From positions 2,464,001 through 2,528,000 of the forward strand of contig OZ242326.1 in NCBI GenBank assembly GCA_965208325.1: DNA of 64,000 bases, given 5' to 3'. Positions within the stretch are counted from its first letter, which is position 1. Each line of letters starts with the position of its first letter. This document shows, piece by piece, positions 18,335 to 28,579 of the stretch. The notes beneath the pieces were generated by a model, which was given only the letters and a program-made list of their open reading frames with translations, was not told the DNA's origin and did no database searches. This DNA is from Candidatus Poribacteria bacterium. Lineage in GTDB: Bacteria; Poribacteria; WGA-4E; PCPOR2b. The position numbers were made by a program, and so were the translations under genes.

Positions 18335-19558
18335 CTATTCCACGATTGCCGTCACGACCCCAATGCCAAGCTTCACTCCCATCTTCTTGAGGTCAAACCT
18401 CGCACCTACGGATAATGCCATAGGGGTGTCAAGCGTGATTTTTACTGTCGTGTATTCACCGGGGTTAATAACAGCAACGTCCGGCGGCAAGCGTAGATGT
18501 CCGGTAATGTCGATAGTCCAGAGATGGATGTCCGGTTTATCATTTTCTACAAGCGGGATGTGAACGCCGCATTCCTCTTGAGTCATGACATAAACCGCAG
18601 CTTCAAAAACAGTATGCGACTTCATGCTCTTCGGATCGGATACAACCTGCCCGGGCGAAAGCCAGCCCGGTTCCGAATCAACCTGAATGACCTCTTGGTT
18701 TTCAACCGATTGATCGGTCTGTCCATTGCGCGGCGAAAGGGAAAGTTCTGCATGGGAACGCATGGCTACACAACGCGTTTTGATGAGATTTCCCTTGCCG
18801 ACGATATGTACTGAATGGCCCACTGCAAGTCTGCCTTGAAAAATCTCTCCATGAAGTGTTGACATACCGGTTTTCGGATCATCGGTCACTTCTCGAATCG
18901 GAAAAATCAGCGGCAGATCTGAGGTGTTTATCGGTTGCGGAATGCAACGGTTCAGTGCAAAGATAAGGTCCACAATTGGTTTCCAGTCACCGGAACTCGG
19001 ATTATTCCCGTTATATCTTAAAGCTCTCTCGGCATCTCCAATGATTATCGGGGATCTGGCTTCTACATAGCCATAAGCGGTTAGCGTTTCGCGAATCTCC
19101 ATTTGACAGATTTCGATTAGCTCCGGGTCTTTGAGAAGCTCAGCTTTGTTTAGAAACGCAATCACCGCCGGTATTCGGGTTTGGCTTGCAAGGCGAATCT
19201 GCGATTGTGTTTCAGTCGTCACGCCGTCAATCGCACTCACAACTAGAATCGCTCCTCCAACTTTCGGTGAACCGCTTATCAGCATCTTGACGTTATCCGC
19301 GTGGCTGGTTGCGTCGATGTGCGTGTAATGCCTGCCGCTTGTCTCATAGTCAACTGCTTTATAACTAACGCCTAACCGCCCCCCGATTGAGTGGTGAATC
19401 GGTTGTTGTGCATCCAGATCAGGCGCCAGAGATTGTGTCGAGCCAACCTTTGATACCACGTTTATGGCAGCAGCGGTCAGGGTTGTTTTGCCGTGACCCG
19501 CGCCCCCAAGTGTACAAATTGTCGATACTTGATGCCGGTGGTGCTTTTTTGTCTCCAT
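18335..19558 (-). CDS. Divergent EF-Tu paralogue with degenerate GTPase motifs
   Basis: Collinear with EF-Tu over all three domains (HGKTTLTAA, YETSGRHYTHID, GAILVVSA.DG, FLNK, PGQV, HTVFEAAVYV, G.GVVT.I.E) but G1/G2/G3/G4 altered. Confidence 0.85.
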   Translation of the reverse strand: METKKHHRHQVSTICTLGGAGHGKTTLTAAAINVVSKVGSTQSLAPDLDAQQPIHHSIGGRLGVSYKAVDYETSGRHYTHIDATSHADNVKMLISGSPKVGGAILVVSAIDGVTTETQSQIRLASQTRIPAVIAFLNKAELLKDPELIEICQMEIRETLTAYGYVEARSPIIIGDAERALRYNGNNPSSGDWKPIVDLIFALNRCIPQPINTSDLPLIFPIREVTDDPKTGMSTLHGEIFQGRLAVGHSVHIVGKGNLIKTRCVAMRSHAELSLSPRNGQTDQSVENQEVIQVDSEPGWLSPGQVVSDPKSMKSHTVFEAAVYVMTQEECGVHIPLVENDKPDIHLWTIDITGHLRLPPDVAVINPGEYTTVKITLDTPMALSVGARFDLKKMGVKLGIGVVTAIVE

Positions 19559-19808
19559 ATGGCTATCCTCTCATAACAAACCGTGAAACCAATATAGATG
19601 ACGTGCGGTTGGATAGTTAATTGGCATGTTCCTTCGCGGAACATGTGTTACCGGTGATTCTTCGTATCTCTCTCATTTGGTTGCCTTATTTTTGTCCTTA
19701 GGTAGTTCTCTCTACGGTTAGCAATGATGGTCTGTAGTTTACCAGAGATAACAGTGGACATCAATCACAATCAACCGTTTGCAGGTATTCCGGGCGGACG
19801 GATTTTTA

Positions 19809-19837
19809 TTGACATTGCCCAAAAATATTGTTATTAT
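19809..19837 (+). promoter_or_regulatory. Putative sigma70 promoter for the S55 peptidase operon
   Basis: TTGACA-17 bp-TATTAT with TG extended -10. Confidence 0.55.
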
Positions 19838-19956
19838 TCGCAAGTTGTGTCTTGGCAACTACGATTCAAATGGGATTTGAATTTTCCATCAAATGAATGA
19901 TTTAGAACGGCCTTATTCGATTCTACGAATTGCAGATTGAATATTGAGGTGATAGT

Positions 19957-21810
19957 TTGAGGAAGTTTTTTTGTTGGCTGATAATAGGTGCATTCTGCTC
20001 GATTGTAATGCACGCGGCAGCGGAAATTAAGTGGGACGCGGCGAAATTTATGCCCTTGTCAGAAATTAAACCGGGCATGAAAGGAGAAGCATACACCGTT
20101 TTTTCGGGAACAACTGTCGAAAGTTTTCCCTTTGAAGTTGTGACCATAGAATACAATTTTTTGCCGCAGTGGCACGTGATATGGGTTGAAGCGAGTGGAA
20201 ATAATTACGAGAAGACCGGTGCGGCCGGCGGCATGAGCGGCAGCCCGGGTTATATCAACGGACGACTAATCGGCGCCCTTTCCCTCGGTTACTTTTACCA
20301 GCGGGAAGATTCAAACCTCGTCGGCTTTACGCCCATTGAATCTATGATAGAGGTAACGCGGCGCGGTATGCAACCGAATATGAGCTATTCCGGAGGCGCA
20401 CGTTTTGACGTTGGCATACATACCGCCTGGAAGCCGTTCGAGCCATTGCCTTCAGTTTCCAATGAGTTCTTTAATACTAAGGAGTTTGTGGAGACTCGCC
20501 CCATTCCGACGGTAGAAAGCGGTTCACCTCTGCTTCAGATTCCGATGGCGTTGTCTACGATGAATCCTCAAGTATTAGGATTCCTTAAACCGATGTTTGA
20601 CAAACATGGACTGATGCCAATGCGTGGAACGGCTGGAGGAGCGCCAGTTGATAGCGCACCCATTGAGCCCGGCCAGATAGTCGGTATGGAATTTTCACGG
20701 GGAGATTTCACAGCTTTTGGTTACGGTACAATGACCTACATCGAAGGAAATCAGGTAATCGGTTTCGGTCATTCAATGTTTGGAGAAGGTCATGTAAATC
20801 TCCCGCTTTCTGGAGGGTATGTCCATTTTATTCTACCGAGTATTACTCGATCCTTCAAGGTCGCTTCCCCAACTAAACCGATAGGCACATTGGTGCAGGA
20901 TCGCCAAACAGCCATCGCGGGTTTAACCGGAGCACATCCCAGTTTTTTGCCGGTAAGCGCCAGCATTGAAACGACAGACGGGCAAACCCATCCAGTCCGG
21001 TATGAGGTGCTGCGCCATCGCGACTTATCAGCGGCACTCGCCATGACTGGAGTTTGGAATAGCATCAGTGCGCTTGAGATTGACAGCGGCGATCATACCA
21101 TCAACATAAATACGACAATTGCGCTCCAAGATCAGGCCAATCTCTCATCTCAAGAGATTGTGCGCAGCAATGTTTATTCATCCAGTTTTTCACCAGGGTT
21201 TTGGGCGTTTCAGGCTTTTTCCCCGTTAGCAAGTCTAATTGGTAATCAATATGAAAAGATTGTGGTTAAAGGCGTTACCGTTGACATCAAAATTGAGGAT
21301 AAGCGCAAAACGGCGGTTATTGAAGCAGTTCGGATTAATAAAAACCGGTATCGCCCGGGTGAGCAAATTGAGGTGATGGTGACCCTTCGCCCTTATCTTG
21401 AAGCGCCAATTATGCAAGTGGGGCACATCACAATTCCGGATGACGCCCCTGAAGGATTATCTACACTCCTTATTGCAAGCGCGGTGTCCCATGAAGCCTG
21501 GCAGCGAACCCGCGCGCCGCTGAACTACTACCCAAAAAATATCAATCAACTCATCCAACTATTGCAACACAACCCTAGCAATAATAATATTATACTTGAG
21601 ATTTTTATCCCGAAAATTGGCATGACTGTTCAAGGGCGGGAATTCCCGGAACTCCCTTTGTCTATGCTCTCGGTCATGAGTTCGCCCAGCCAGTCTGGTG
21701 AAGGAGGCTATACGCGCGGGACTACTTTGCATATTGAAGATGTCCCGACGAAGTACGTTATCTCTGGTGGACAATTTGTACGATTCACCGTAGACCGAAA
21801 CGCCCCATAG
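19957..21810 (+). CDS. SpoIVB-like S55 serine peptidase domain protein, secreted
   Basis: IKPGMKG, GGMSGSPGYINGRLIGALS, GFGH; N-terminal signal peptide. Confidence 0.85.
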   Translation: MRKFFCWLIIGAFCSIVMHAAAEIKWDAAKFMPLSEIKPGMKGEAYTVFSGTTVESFPFEVVTIEYNFLPQWHVIWVEASGNNYEKTGAAGGMSGSPGYINGRLIGALSLGYFYQREDSNLVGFTPIESMIEVTRRGMQPNMSYSGGARFDVGIHTAWKPFEPLPSVSNEFFNTKEFVETRPIPTVESGSPLLQIPMALSTMNPQVLGFLKPMFDKHGLMPMRGTAGGAPVDSAPIEPGQIVGMEFSRGDFTAFGYGTMTYIEGNQVIGFGHSMFGEGHVNLPLSGGYVHFILPSITRSFKVASPTKPIGTLVQDRQTAIAGLTGAHPSFLPVSASIETTDGQTHPVRYEVLRHRDLSAALAMTGVWNSISALEIDSGDHTININTTIALQDQANLSSQEIVRSNVYSSSFSPGFWAFQAFSPLASLIGNQYEKIVVKGVTVDIKIEDKRKTAVIEAVRINKNRYRPGEQIEVMVTLRPYLEAPIMQVGHITIPDDAPEGLSTLLIASAVSHEAWQRTRAPLNYYPKNINQLIQLLQHNPSNNNIILEIFIPKIGMTVQGREFPELPLSMLSVMSSPSQSGEGGYTRGTTLHIEDVPTKYVISGGQFVRFTVDRNAP

Positions 21811-21856
21811 TACATTGCCAATCTTCAATTAGCCATTAAGAGGAGGAAGTTTCTTC

Positions 21857-23935
21857 ATGAGGCATTATCGTGTTCTTTGTCTGTTGGGTTTCATAGCCAT
21901 ACTATTGGTTGCCGCAATCGGATCGGCGTTTGCAGTGAAAACGTCCGTTTGGGAACAATACCGCCATCGTGATTTTGAAGCCGGTACCGGTAAAGATGTA
22001 TCGATTTCAAGCAAAAACGAAGTCGTTTTGTCCCCTAAACTGGACGCTGTTTTCACAGATATAGAGCAAATATACATTTGGTGTCTAGCCGAGGATTCTA
22101 AAGGAAACATCTACGCGGGTACTGGCAATCAGGGGAAAATTTATAAGATTAATCCCGAAGGTCAATCATCGCTCTTTTACGACTCGCCAGAGGTCGCAAT
22201 CTTGAGTCTTGCAGTAGACACAAATGATAACATTTATGCTGGAACCGCCCCTGATGGCTTAATATATAAAATTTCGCAAGAAGGTGTTCCACCAAATACG
22301 CTTCTTAGTTCCGAGGAAAAATTCGTTTTTGCGCTGACGTTTGATGATGCCGGAAATCTTTATGCAGCGACGGGAACAAACGGCAAGATTTACAAAATCA
22401 CGCCTGAGGGTGAAAACAGCGTCCTGTTTGATTCTGAAGAGAGTTCCATTATGTGCCTGCTGTACCACCAAGGCGCTCTGTACGCTGGAAGTGAGGGTAA
22501 AGGTGTCATTTACCGAATAACGCCCGATGGAGCGGTTTCAGTTGTATTTCAGACGGGACAAAAAGAGGTCCGCACGCTGGTTGTAAATACCCAAGGCACC
22601 ATTTACGCCGGTACCGTCACAACTTCTCCACCGAAGCCGGGCGCACCGCCAAGCAGCCCTCCTCCGCCAGGCGCGCCGCCCGAAGAAAAGAAGTCACAGC
22701 TTTATCAGATTAATTCTGACGGCGTGGTCTCCGTGATTTGGGCGGCACCAGCCCCATTGATTCTGTCAATGGTTGTCGAAGCGGATAATCAACTCTTGGT
22801 TGGAACCGGGGACGAAGGAAAGATTTTTCGAGTCAATACGGAAGGGGACTTTACGTTATTGGGAAAATGCGATGCAAGTCAGATTCTTGCGATGCACCAA
22901 GGAAAAGATAGCAAACTTACCTTAGGAACAGGCAACCCCGGTAAATTCTTTGAACTGAAAGTCGATCGCAATTCATCGGGAACGCTTGAATCTGTAGCTC
23001 ATGATACGCGACTCATTTCGCGGTGGGGGAAATTATCGTGGGAAGGACTTTCGGCGGAAGGTACTTCAATATCGTTCGCTACGCGTACTGGCAATACCGG
23101 AAAGCCGGATAACACTTGGAGCAATTGGTCAAGCGAACTGACAATACCGGAAGGTTCTCAGATTACAAGTCCAACAGCACGATACATCCAATGGCGTGCA
23201 ACACTTACGACGAGCGCTCCGTCAACGACTCCAATCCTAAAAAGAGTAGCTGTTGCATCTGTCCAATCAAATGTCGAACCTCGATTTACTTCAGTTGAAA
23301 TTAATCGCGGTGATAAACCCAAAGGCTCCGGCAGACCCCCTGATGTAAGTCCACCGGGAGAAAACAGAGCCCAAAGCCAAGCTGAAAGCAACAATGGCAA
23401 ACGGCGGGCGTCATGGAAAGTAGAAGACGCGAACAATGATACCCTGCAGTTCACCATTTACTACAAAAGCATTGATGAGACTAATTGGAAACTTCTCAAA
23501 AAGAAACTGGATCAGCCCAACTACACTTGGGATACGACATCAATGCCCGATGGACGCTACACCCTGAAAATTCAAGCGACGGACAAGCTAAGCAACCCGC
23601 CTAACTTAGCAAAAATTTCTGAGAAAATCAGCGATCCCTTTGACATTGATAATACACAGCCAGCAGTAGGCAATATCGCTGCGACCGCCAATGGAGATGA
23701 TACATTTCAAATCGTTTGTTCGGTTGAGGACGCGATGAGTTATATTCAAAAGGCGGTTTATAAAATCGACAACGATGAACATTGGAAGGTCATGTTTCCG
23801 GCGGATGGAATCTTTGATTCCAAACGGGAAGAACTTATGATTCAAACGGAGACACTGCCGGCCGGTGAACACACCATAACAATTCAGGCTACTGATGCAG
23901 AGGGAAACACGTCTGTTGGGCGGGGGAAGTTCTGA
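21857..23935 (+). CDS. Secreted beta-propeller protein with C-terminal Ig/FN3-like domains
   Basis: Signal peptide; repeats of D..GNIYAGT...GKIYKI; Pro-rich linker; WDTTSMPDGRY. Confidence 0.7.
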   Translation: MRHYRVLCLLGFIAILLVAAIGSAFAVKTSVWEQYRHRDFEAGTGKDVSISSKNEVVLSPKLDAVFTDIEQIYIWCLAEDSKGNIYAGTGNQGKIYKINPEGQSSLFYDSPEVAILSLAVDTNDNIYAGTAPDGLIYKISQEGVPPNTLLSSEEKFVFALTFDDAGNLYAATGTNGKIYKITPEGENSVLFDSEESSIMCLLYHQGALYAGSEGKGVIYRITPDGAVSVVFQTGQKEVRTLVVNTQGTIYAGTVTTSPPKPGAPPSSPPPPGAPPEEKKSQLYQINSDGVVSVIWAAPAPLILSMVVEADNQLLVGTGDEGKIFRVNTEGDFTLLGKCDASQILAMHQGKDSKLTLGTGNPGKFFELKVDRNSSGTLESVAHDTRLISRWGKLSWEGLSAEGTSISFATRTGNTGKPDNTWSNWSSELTIPEGSQITSPTARYIQWRATLTTSAPSTTPILKRVAVASVQSNVEPRFTSVEINRGDKPKGSGRPPDVSPPGENRAQSQAESNNGKRRASWKVEDANNDTLQFTIYYKSIDETNWKLLKKKLDQPNYTWDTTSMPDGRYTLKIQATDKLSNPPNLAKISEKISDPFDIDNTQPAVGNIAATANGDDTFQIVCSVEDAMSYIQKAVYKIDNDEHWKVMFPADGIFDSKREELMIQTETLPAGEHTITIQATDAEGNTSVGRGKF

Positions 23936-24100
23936 GATTCATACTAACATAATCAAGCTCACGCCGCAGCGGGCGGAACGTAAGGTATTCCTTCCGCAAG
24001 CTTGAGAATGAGGAGTGCCTGCCTACATAGCTCTTACGAATATTGCCTCAGTCGGATTTGCCTCGATTCGCCACCCAAGCCGCAACAACGTCAGGCAACT

Positions 24101-25150
24101 TTAGGTCCTTGCAACATTAGGGCACAGGCAGATTTTTCCGAAGTTCTCTCGATTTTCAAGGATGCGATGCGCCTCTGCTGCCGCTTGTAACGGCAACACG
24201 CGGTCGACAATAGGAGATAACTTTCCGCCTTCTGCAAGACGAATGATTGTGCGCAGTTCAGATGTCGATCCTAACGCCGATCCAAGAATTGTCAATTGCC
24301 GCTGATAAATCTTGCGAATATTGATGCGTGCGATATTTCCCGTCGTAACGCCGCACGTAACAAGCCGCCCATTTTTCGCAAGACTCGCCATACTCTCCTC
24401 CCATGTCGCCGATCCAACATGCTCAAACACAATGTCAACACCTCGATTATCTGTCATTTCCCGGACGGCTTTACTAAAATCGGTTTGTGTATAGTTAATC
24501 GTAAAATCTGCTCCCATCTGCCGCGCGCGCTCGAGCTTTTCATCGGTGCTGGCTGTAGCAATAACGGCAACACCGCACAACTTGGAAATTTGCAGCGCTG
24601 CGCTGCCAACGCCGCTTCCGGCGGACAGAATAAGTACGCTTTCACCGGGCCGAATCTTCGCCCGACTGATTAGCATGTGCCATGCAGTAAGGTAAGCCGT
24701 TGGAATTGCGGAAGCGTGCGAGTAGGAGAACTCTGATGAGATTGGAATCACATTTTTGGCGGGGGATTTGACATATTCTGCATAGCCGCCATTGGATTGA
24801 AAACCCAAAATTTCTTGGAAGTCACACATGTTTTCATCGCCGTTGAGACAATCGCTGCACTCGCCGCAAGAGATGCATGGAGACAAAACAACACGATCAC
24901 CGACAGCAACATTGCGGACATCTGAACCTACCTCGACCACGTCGCCGGCAATGTCCGATCCAAGAATGTGCGGGAACGGCTGAACCTCCGGACGATCGCG
25001 GCGCACGGATATGTCGAGGTAATTCACCGCGCATGCTTTGACTTCAACCAATACTTCTGATGGGGCGATGACCGGAACAGGAACATCTTCATAAAGAAGT
25101 TTGTCTATGCCGCCCTGTTCGTGAAAAACGACTGCTTTCATATCGATCAT
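24101..25150 (-). CDS. Zinc-binding (MDR) alcohol dehydrogenase/quinone oxidoreductase
   Basis: CGECSDCLNGDENMC structural Zn site; AGSGVG NAD(P) motif; FGKI. Confidence 0.9.
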   Translation of the reverse strand: MIDMKAVVFHEQGGIDKLLYEDVPVPVIAPSEVLVEVKACAVNYLDISVRRDRPEVQPFPHILGSDIAGDVVEVGSDVRNVAVGDRVVLSPCISCGECSDCLNGDENMCDFQEILGFQSNGGYAEYVKSPAKNVIPISSEFSYSHASAIPTAYLTAWHMLISRAKIRPGESVLILSAGSGVGSAALQISKLCGVAVIATASTDEKLERARQMGADFTINYTQTDFSKAVREMTDNRGVDIVFEHVGSATWEESMASLAKNGRLVTCGVTTGNIARINIRKIYQRQLTILGSALGSTSELRTIIRLAEGGKLSPIVDRVLPLQAAAEAHRILENRENFGKICLCPNVART

Positions 25151-25153
25151 TCA

Positions 25154-25969
25154 TCAACCATATGCCCCGCGCTCAAGGAAACCGAGGAGACGGCGCAGCC
25201 GAGGATTTGCATCTGAGTAGATATGCTCAGGCATGGTGTAATTCATAAACGGGTAATATTTGTGTCCAATCATTCGCCGGGCATAAGTAACCTGTGTGAT
25301 GTAGCGTGTCCGTTCACTTTGATTTGGCCCCCCGCGATGGCAAACTTGGTTGTTGAACATCACTACGCTGCCAGCTGCTCCTAGATTGTAGTGAATCCGA
25401 CTTTCCCATTCCGTGCCTTCCAACGCGGCAGGCAGCTGGGCGCCAAGCAGATGGGAACCTGGAATTACCTCTGTGCCGCCGTATTCTTTTGCGGTAACAT
25501 CAGTCAAATAGTAATTTGCCGTAAAAAAAAGGACTGGCAGGTGCACGTTCGTTGGCGGCTCACCGTCATTGACAACATAGTGGGGAGCGTCGTCCTGATG
25601 CCAGTTCGTAATACCGCCCCCCGGAAGGCATCGAAAAGAATTATTGTGGATGACGTGACAGTTGGCAGCAACAAGCGCCTCGGCAAAACTAACAATGGGC
25701 TCAAGATCGAACAACCTGAGATTGGCTTGACTGTGTTCGAACATCCGGTGGCACAGTTGGATTGTCTCGCTAGTGATGTTAAGGCCGTCCGGGTTTTCTT
25801 GCAGCGCCCAGTCTAAATCTTTGCGCAACTCGGCGCACCACTCTGGCGGCAATACATTCTCAATAAACAAAAATCCGTTTCGGTGGAACTTTTCAACCCA
25901 TTCCTGAATCTTTTCCTCACTGACAATTTGGTTGGCTAAGTATGTTTCAGGCTCTGAAATTGCGCGCAT
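25154..25969 (-). CDS. Phytanoyl-CoA dioxygenase (PhyH)-family Fe(II)/2OG oxygenase
   Basis: WHQD, IPGSH, HRGGPNQS..R. Confidence 0.88.
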   Translation of the reverse strand: MRAISEPETYLANQIVSEEKIQEWVEKFHRNGFLFIENVLPPEWCAELRKDLDWALQENPDGLNITSETIQLCHRMFEHSQANLRLFDLEPIVSFAEALVAANCHVIHNNSFRCLPGGGITNWHQDDAPHYVVNDGEPPTNVHLPVLFFTANYYLTDVTAKEYGGTEVIPGSHLLGAQLPAALEGTEWESRIHYNLGAAGSVVMFNNQVCHRGGPNQSERTRYITQVTYARRMIGHKYYPFMNYTMPEHIYSDANPRLRRLLGFLERGAYG

Positions 25970-26215
25970 TTGAGATTCCCTTATCCGAATTGGATATGAT
26001 TGTGTGCTAAATCTGGCAGGCTAGGGTTTGGGTAATGAGTTGAGAATCGGCATTAAACCCGACTTCGTGCGCCAAGAGGATACCATCAGATCCGGAAAAA
26101 TTCAACAGATTTAATGATTTAAGCGAGACGCTATTCAATAAACAATCTGTCTTTCTCATCGTCTTATAAAAGCAAGTGCACCAAGATCCATTTACGTCGA
26201 CGAAGGAATCGAACG

Positions 26216-28129
26216 ATGATAGAACGATTAAACAAAGCGCGATCCTCTCGTGCACTTCTCATCTCTTTGGCAATTCATCTTTGTCTACTCATCGCATGGA
26301 CAATTGTAATTTATCGCCAGCAGGAAGAAGATTTGAAGGACGCAGTTGCCGTAGAATTCGTCGATGAAGAAAACTTGCCAAAGCCGCGTCGAAAGGTGCT
26401 TAAACCCTTACCACGCCTTTTTGTCCCGCGTCAAGACCATGCACCGGTGCCAGACCAACCGCAAACCGTCAAGTTGCAGGCTACCCAACATCCTATTAAC
26501 GAAACCTTAAATCTATCAGATCGCGTTTTACAGCACAGCGCATCAGTCAATCAGAGCAACCCTCAAGACAGATTGCCCGATGTCATGACAGCAACGCAGC
26601 AACTCAATAGCCGCGAAGTCAGTATCCCTTCGGTTTCAACCCTCGCCCTACCTGATGATGGGGACGGCGTAAAAAGTTTCCGCCAGCGCGTTCAAGGAAA
26701 TGGCTCCGGCGGCCTTGATATGTTTGAATCGACAGGCACGGCAGATGTAGGTCCGATCGGAAGCCGCTCCGGCGGAGGCGGCATAGTACCAGACGAAAAT
26801 CCTTTCGCAGAAGCGCTGCGCGAAATCGCAGAGCATGTCATCAATACACGGCAAAAAGATAAGGTCAATGTCGTGTTTGTGCTTGACACCAGCGCAAGTA
26901 TGCGGGATAACATTCAGCAGGTTGCAGATCATCTCTTTGCTATGACGGACGCATACACCGACATAAACCTCGAATATCATCTTGGTATGCTAGAATTCAG
27001 TGTGAAACAGGGAGCACAGGTCGTAAAAACAAATCCGCTTTTGCCGGATGTAGCGATGCTGCGCCGCCGAATGAAGAACCTTCCGCTTAGCGGCGACGAA
27101 CGCGCGCTCGACGCATTGATGTCAACCTTGAGTTTTATTCAATTTCATGAAGACGCTGACAAACATTTGGTGTTGGTGACAGATGAACCTGCCACCACGA
27201 GTTTGCGAAAGGCCGGTGCAATCAAAGAGATGCGTGAGAAGGTGTTATACAATTACACATCACAAGACATTCACATTAACGTTCTGGGGCACACCGACTC
27301 ATTTCAACAACGCCTTGCGAAAGCAACGGACGGGCTCTGGCAAGAGATTCCGGGCGGAGTTACTCAACCCGGCGGTTTGCCGGCGTCACACCATTCCAAT
27401 GAAAAGCTACTCAGCAGTGTGCGAAAAATTGCAAAAGAGATTGCTCGAGGCGTTGTTGGTTCCAACCCTGAGGCACGTGCACAACCCTCTCCCCAAAGTG
27501 AGGATGGGTTCCCGGTGTTGCCGGATGCGCTGAAGTTCCAAGCGAATGCAAAGGGAACGCCGCCGACAAATGTTCCTGCAAAAAGGGCGGCGCCGAAAGC
27601 AAATCGCGCAAAGGTAGATATCGTTATTATGCTTGATTACAGTCGCAGTATGGGTGGAAAATCGGAAGCGGTTATGCTCGGCATTAGTGAATTTCTCGGC
27701 AAACTGGAACTCTGGCCGATTGACTATCGGATCGGATTGATTCGTTTTGCGGAAGCAAAGGACGCTATCAAATCAATTGATGGAACAGTTGTCACGCATA
27801 TGCCCATTAGCGAAGGGTTGATAAAAAGACTTACGAATCTTCCCTTCGGAGGCGATGAACATTTTATCGACGCCATCGTAGAGGGGTTACCCCAGATTCG
27901 CTTTCGTTCCGATGCGAGGCGCGCTCTTTTAGCTTTTACAGATGAACCCAGCACAGGTAACCATCCCCCAGAACATGCAATCGAAATCTGCCAATCCTTG
28001 GGCGTTCGGGCTTTCGTCATCGGCATCACCGATGAGGGCAGCGATTTTCAATCAATGCTAGCCCAAAAAACGCATGGCCTCGCCTTTCCAATGCCCAATG
28101 GCTTCTCGAAACCATATCCCTACCAATAA
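26216..28129 (+). CDS. Membrane-anchored protein with two VWA domains
   Basis: N-terminal TM (SLAIH); two MIDAS motifs DTSASM and DYSRSM, each followed by GGDE/SGDE and TDEP. Confidence 0.8.
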   Translation: MIERLNKARSSRALLISLAIHLCLLIAWTIVIYRQQEEDLKDAVAVEFVDEENLPKPRRKVLKPLPRLFVPRQDHAPVPDQPQTVKLQATQHPINETLNLSDRVLQHSASVNQSNPQDRLPDVMTATQQLNSREVSIPSVSTLALPDDGDGVKSFRQRVQGNGSGGLDMFESTGTADVGPIGSRSGGGGIVPDENPFAEALREIAEHVINTRQKDKVNVVFVLDTSASMRDNIQQVADHLFAMTDAYTDINLEYHLGMLEFSVKQGAQVVKTNPLLPDVAMLRRRMKNLPLSGDERALDALMSTLSFIQFHEDADKHLVLVTDEPATTSLRKAGAIKEMREKVLYNYTSQDIHINVLGHTDSFQQRLAKATDGLWQEIPGGVTQPGGLPASHHSNEKLLSSVRKIAKEIARGVVGSNPEARAQPSPQSEDGFPVLPDALKFQANAKGTPPTNVPAKRAAPKANRAKVDIVIMLDYSRSMGGKSEAVMLGISEFLGKLELWPIDYRIGLIRFAEAKDAIKSIDGTVVTHMPISEGLIKRLTNLPFGGDEHFIDAIVEGLPQIRFRSDARRALLAFTDEPSTGNHPPEHAIEICQSLGVRAFVIGITDEGSDFQSMLAQKTHGLAFPMPNGFSKPYPYQ

Positions 28130-28579
28130 GCCTTCACAATCTTAACAAATCCATTTAATTTGACACCTTACCGTAAAAATGCGAGGGTTGCGAATACCGC
28201 GTTATTTTAGCCACGCTTACGTGATTAACGAATGACTACTACTCCCCAGAGGCATGCAAAAATTGCACAATTATGAAAAATTTGCACCATGAATTCAACT
28301 CTCATCGGCAATCGGAGGTCATGCATGAAAAACCAACTTCATACGTTAGGAGTATAAACAGGAGCCTACCCAATTGATACCGTGAAGGGCGCCCGTATCC
28401 ATCACGCATAGTGTTTGCCATTGGTAACGGTACGAAAAATAACGCCATTCCTAAAGCGCAAAACCATCCCCTTTGAACATGGAATGAAATTGACAATCCC
28501 CGAATTATGGTTATTGGCATAATTCTTGCGCATTCATGATTTTAAAGTCAGCGATCTTTAGCGGAAAAGGTGACCATAA

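Noticed and set aside
18335..19558. Calling this gene tuf or selB
   Set aside because: Invariant EF-Tu motifs are altered and the SelB C-terminal winged-helix region is absent
23943..24100. Degenerate attC-like or sRNA element after the beta-propeller gene
   Set aside because: CTAAC start is suggestive, but no matching GTTAG end or convincing long stem was found
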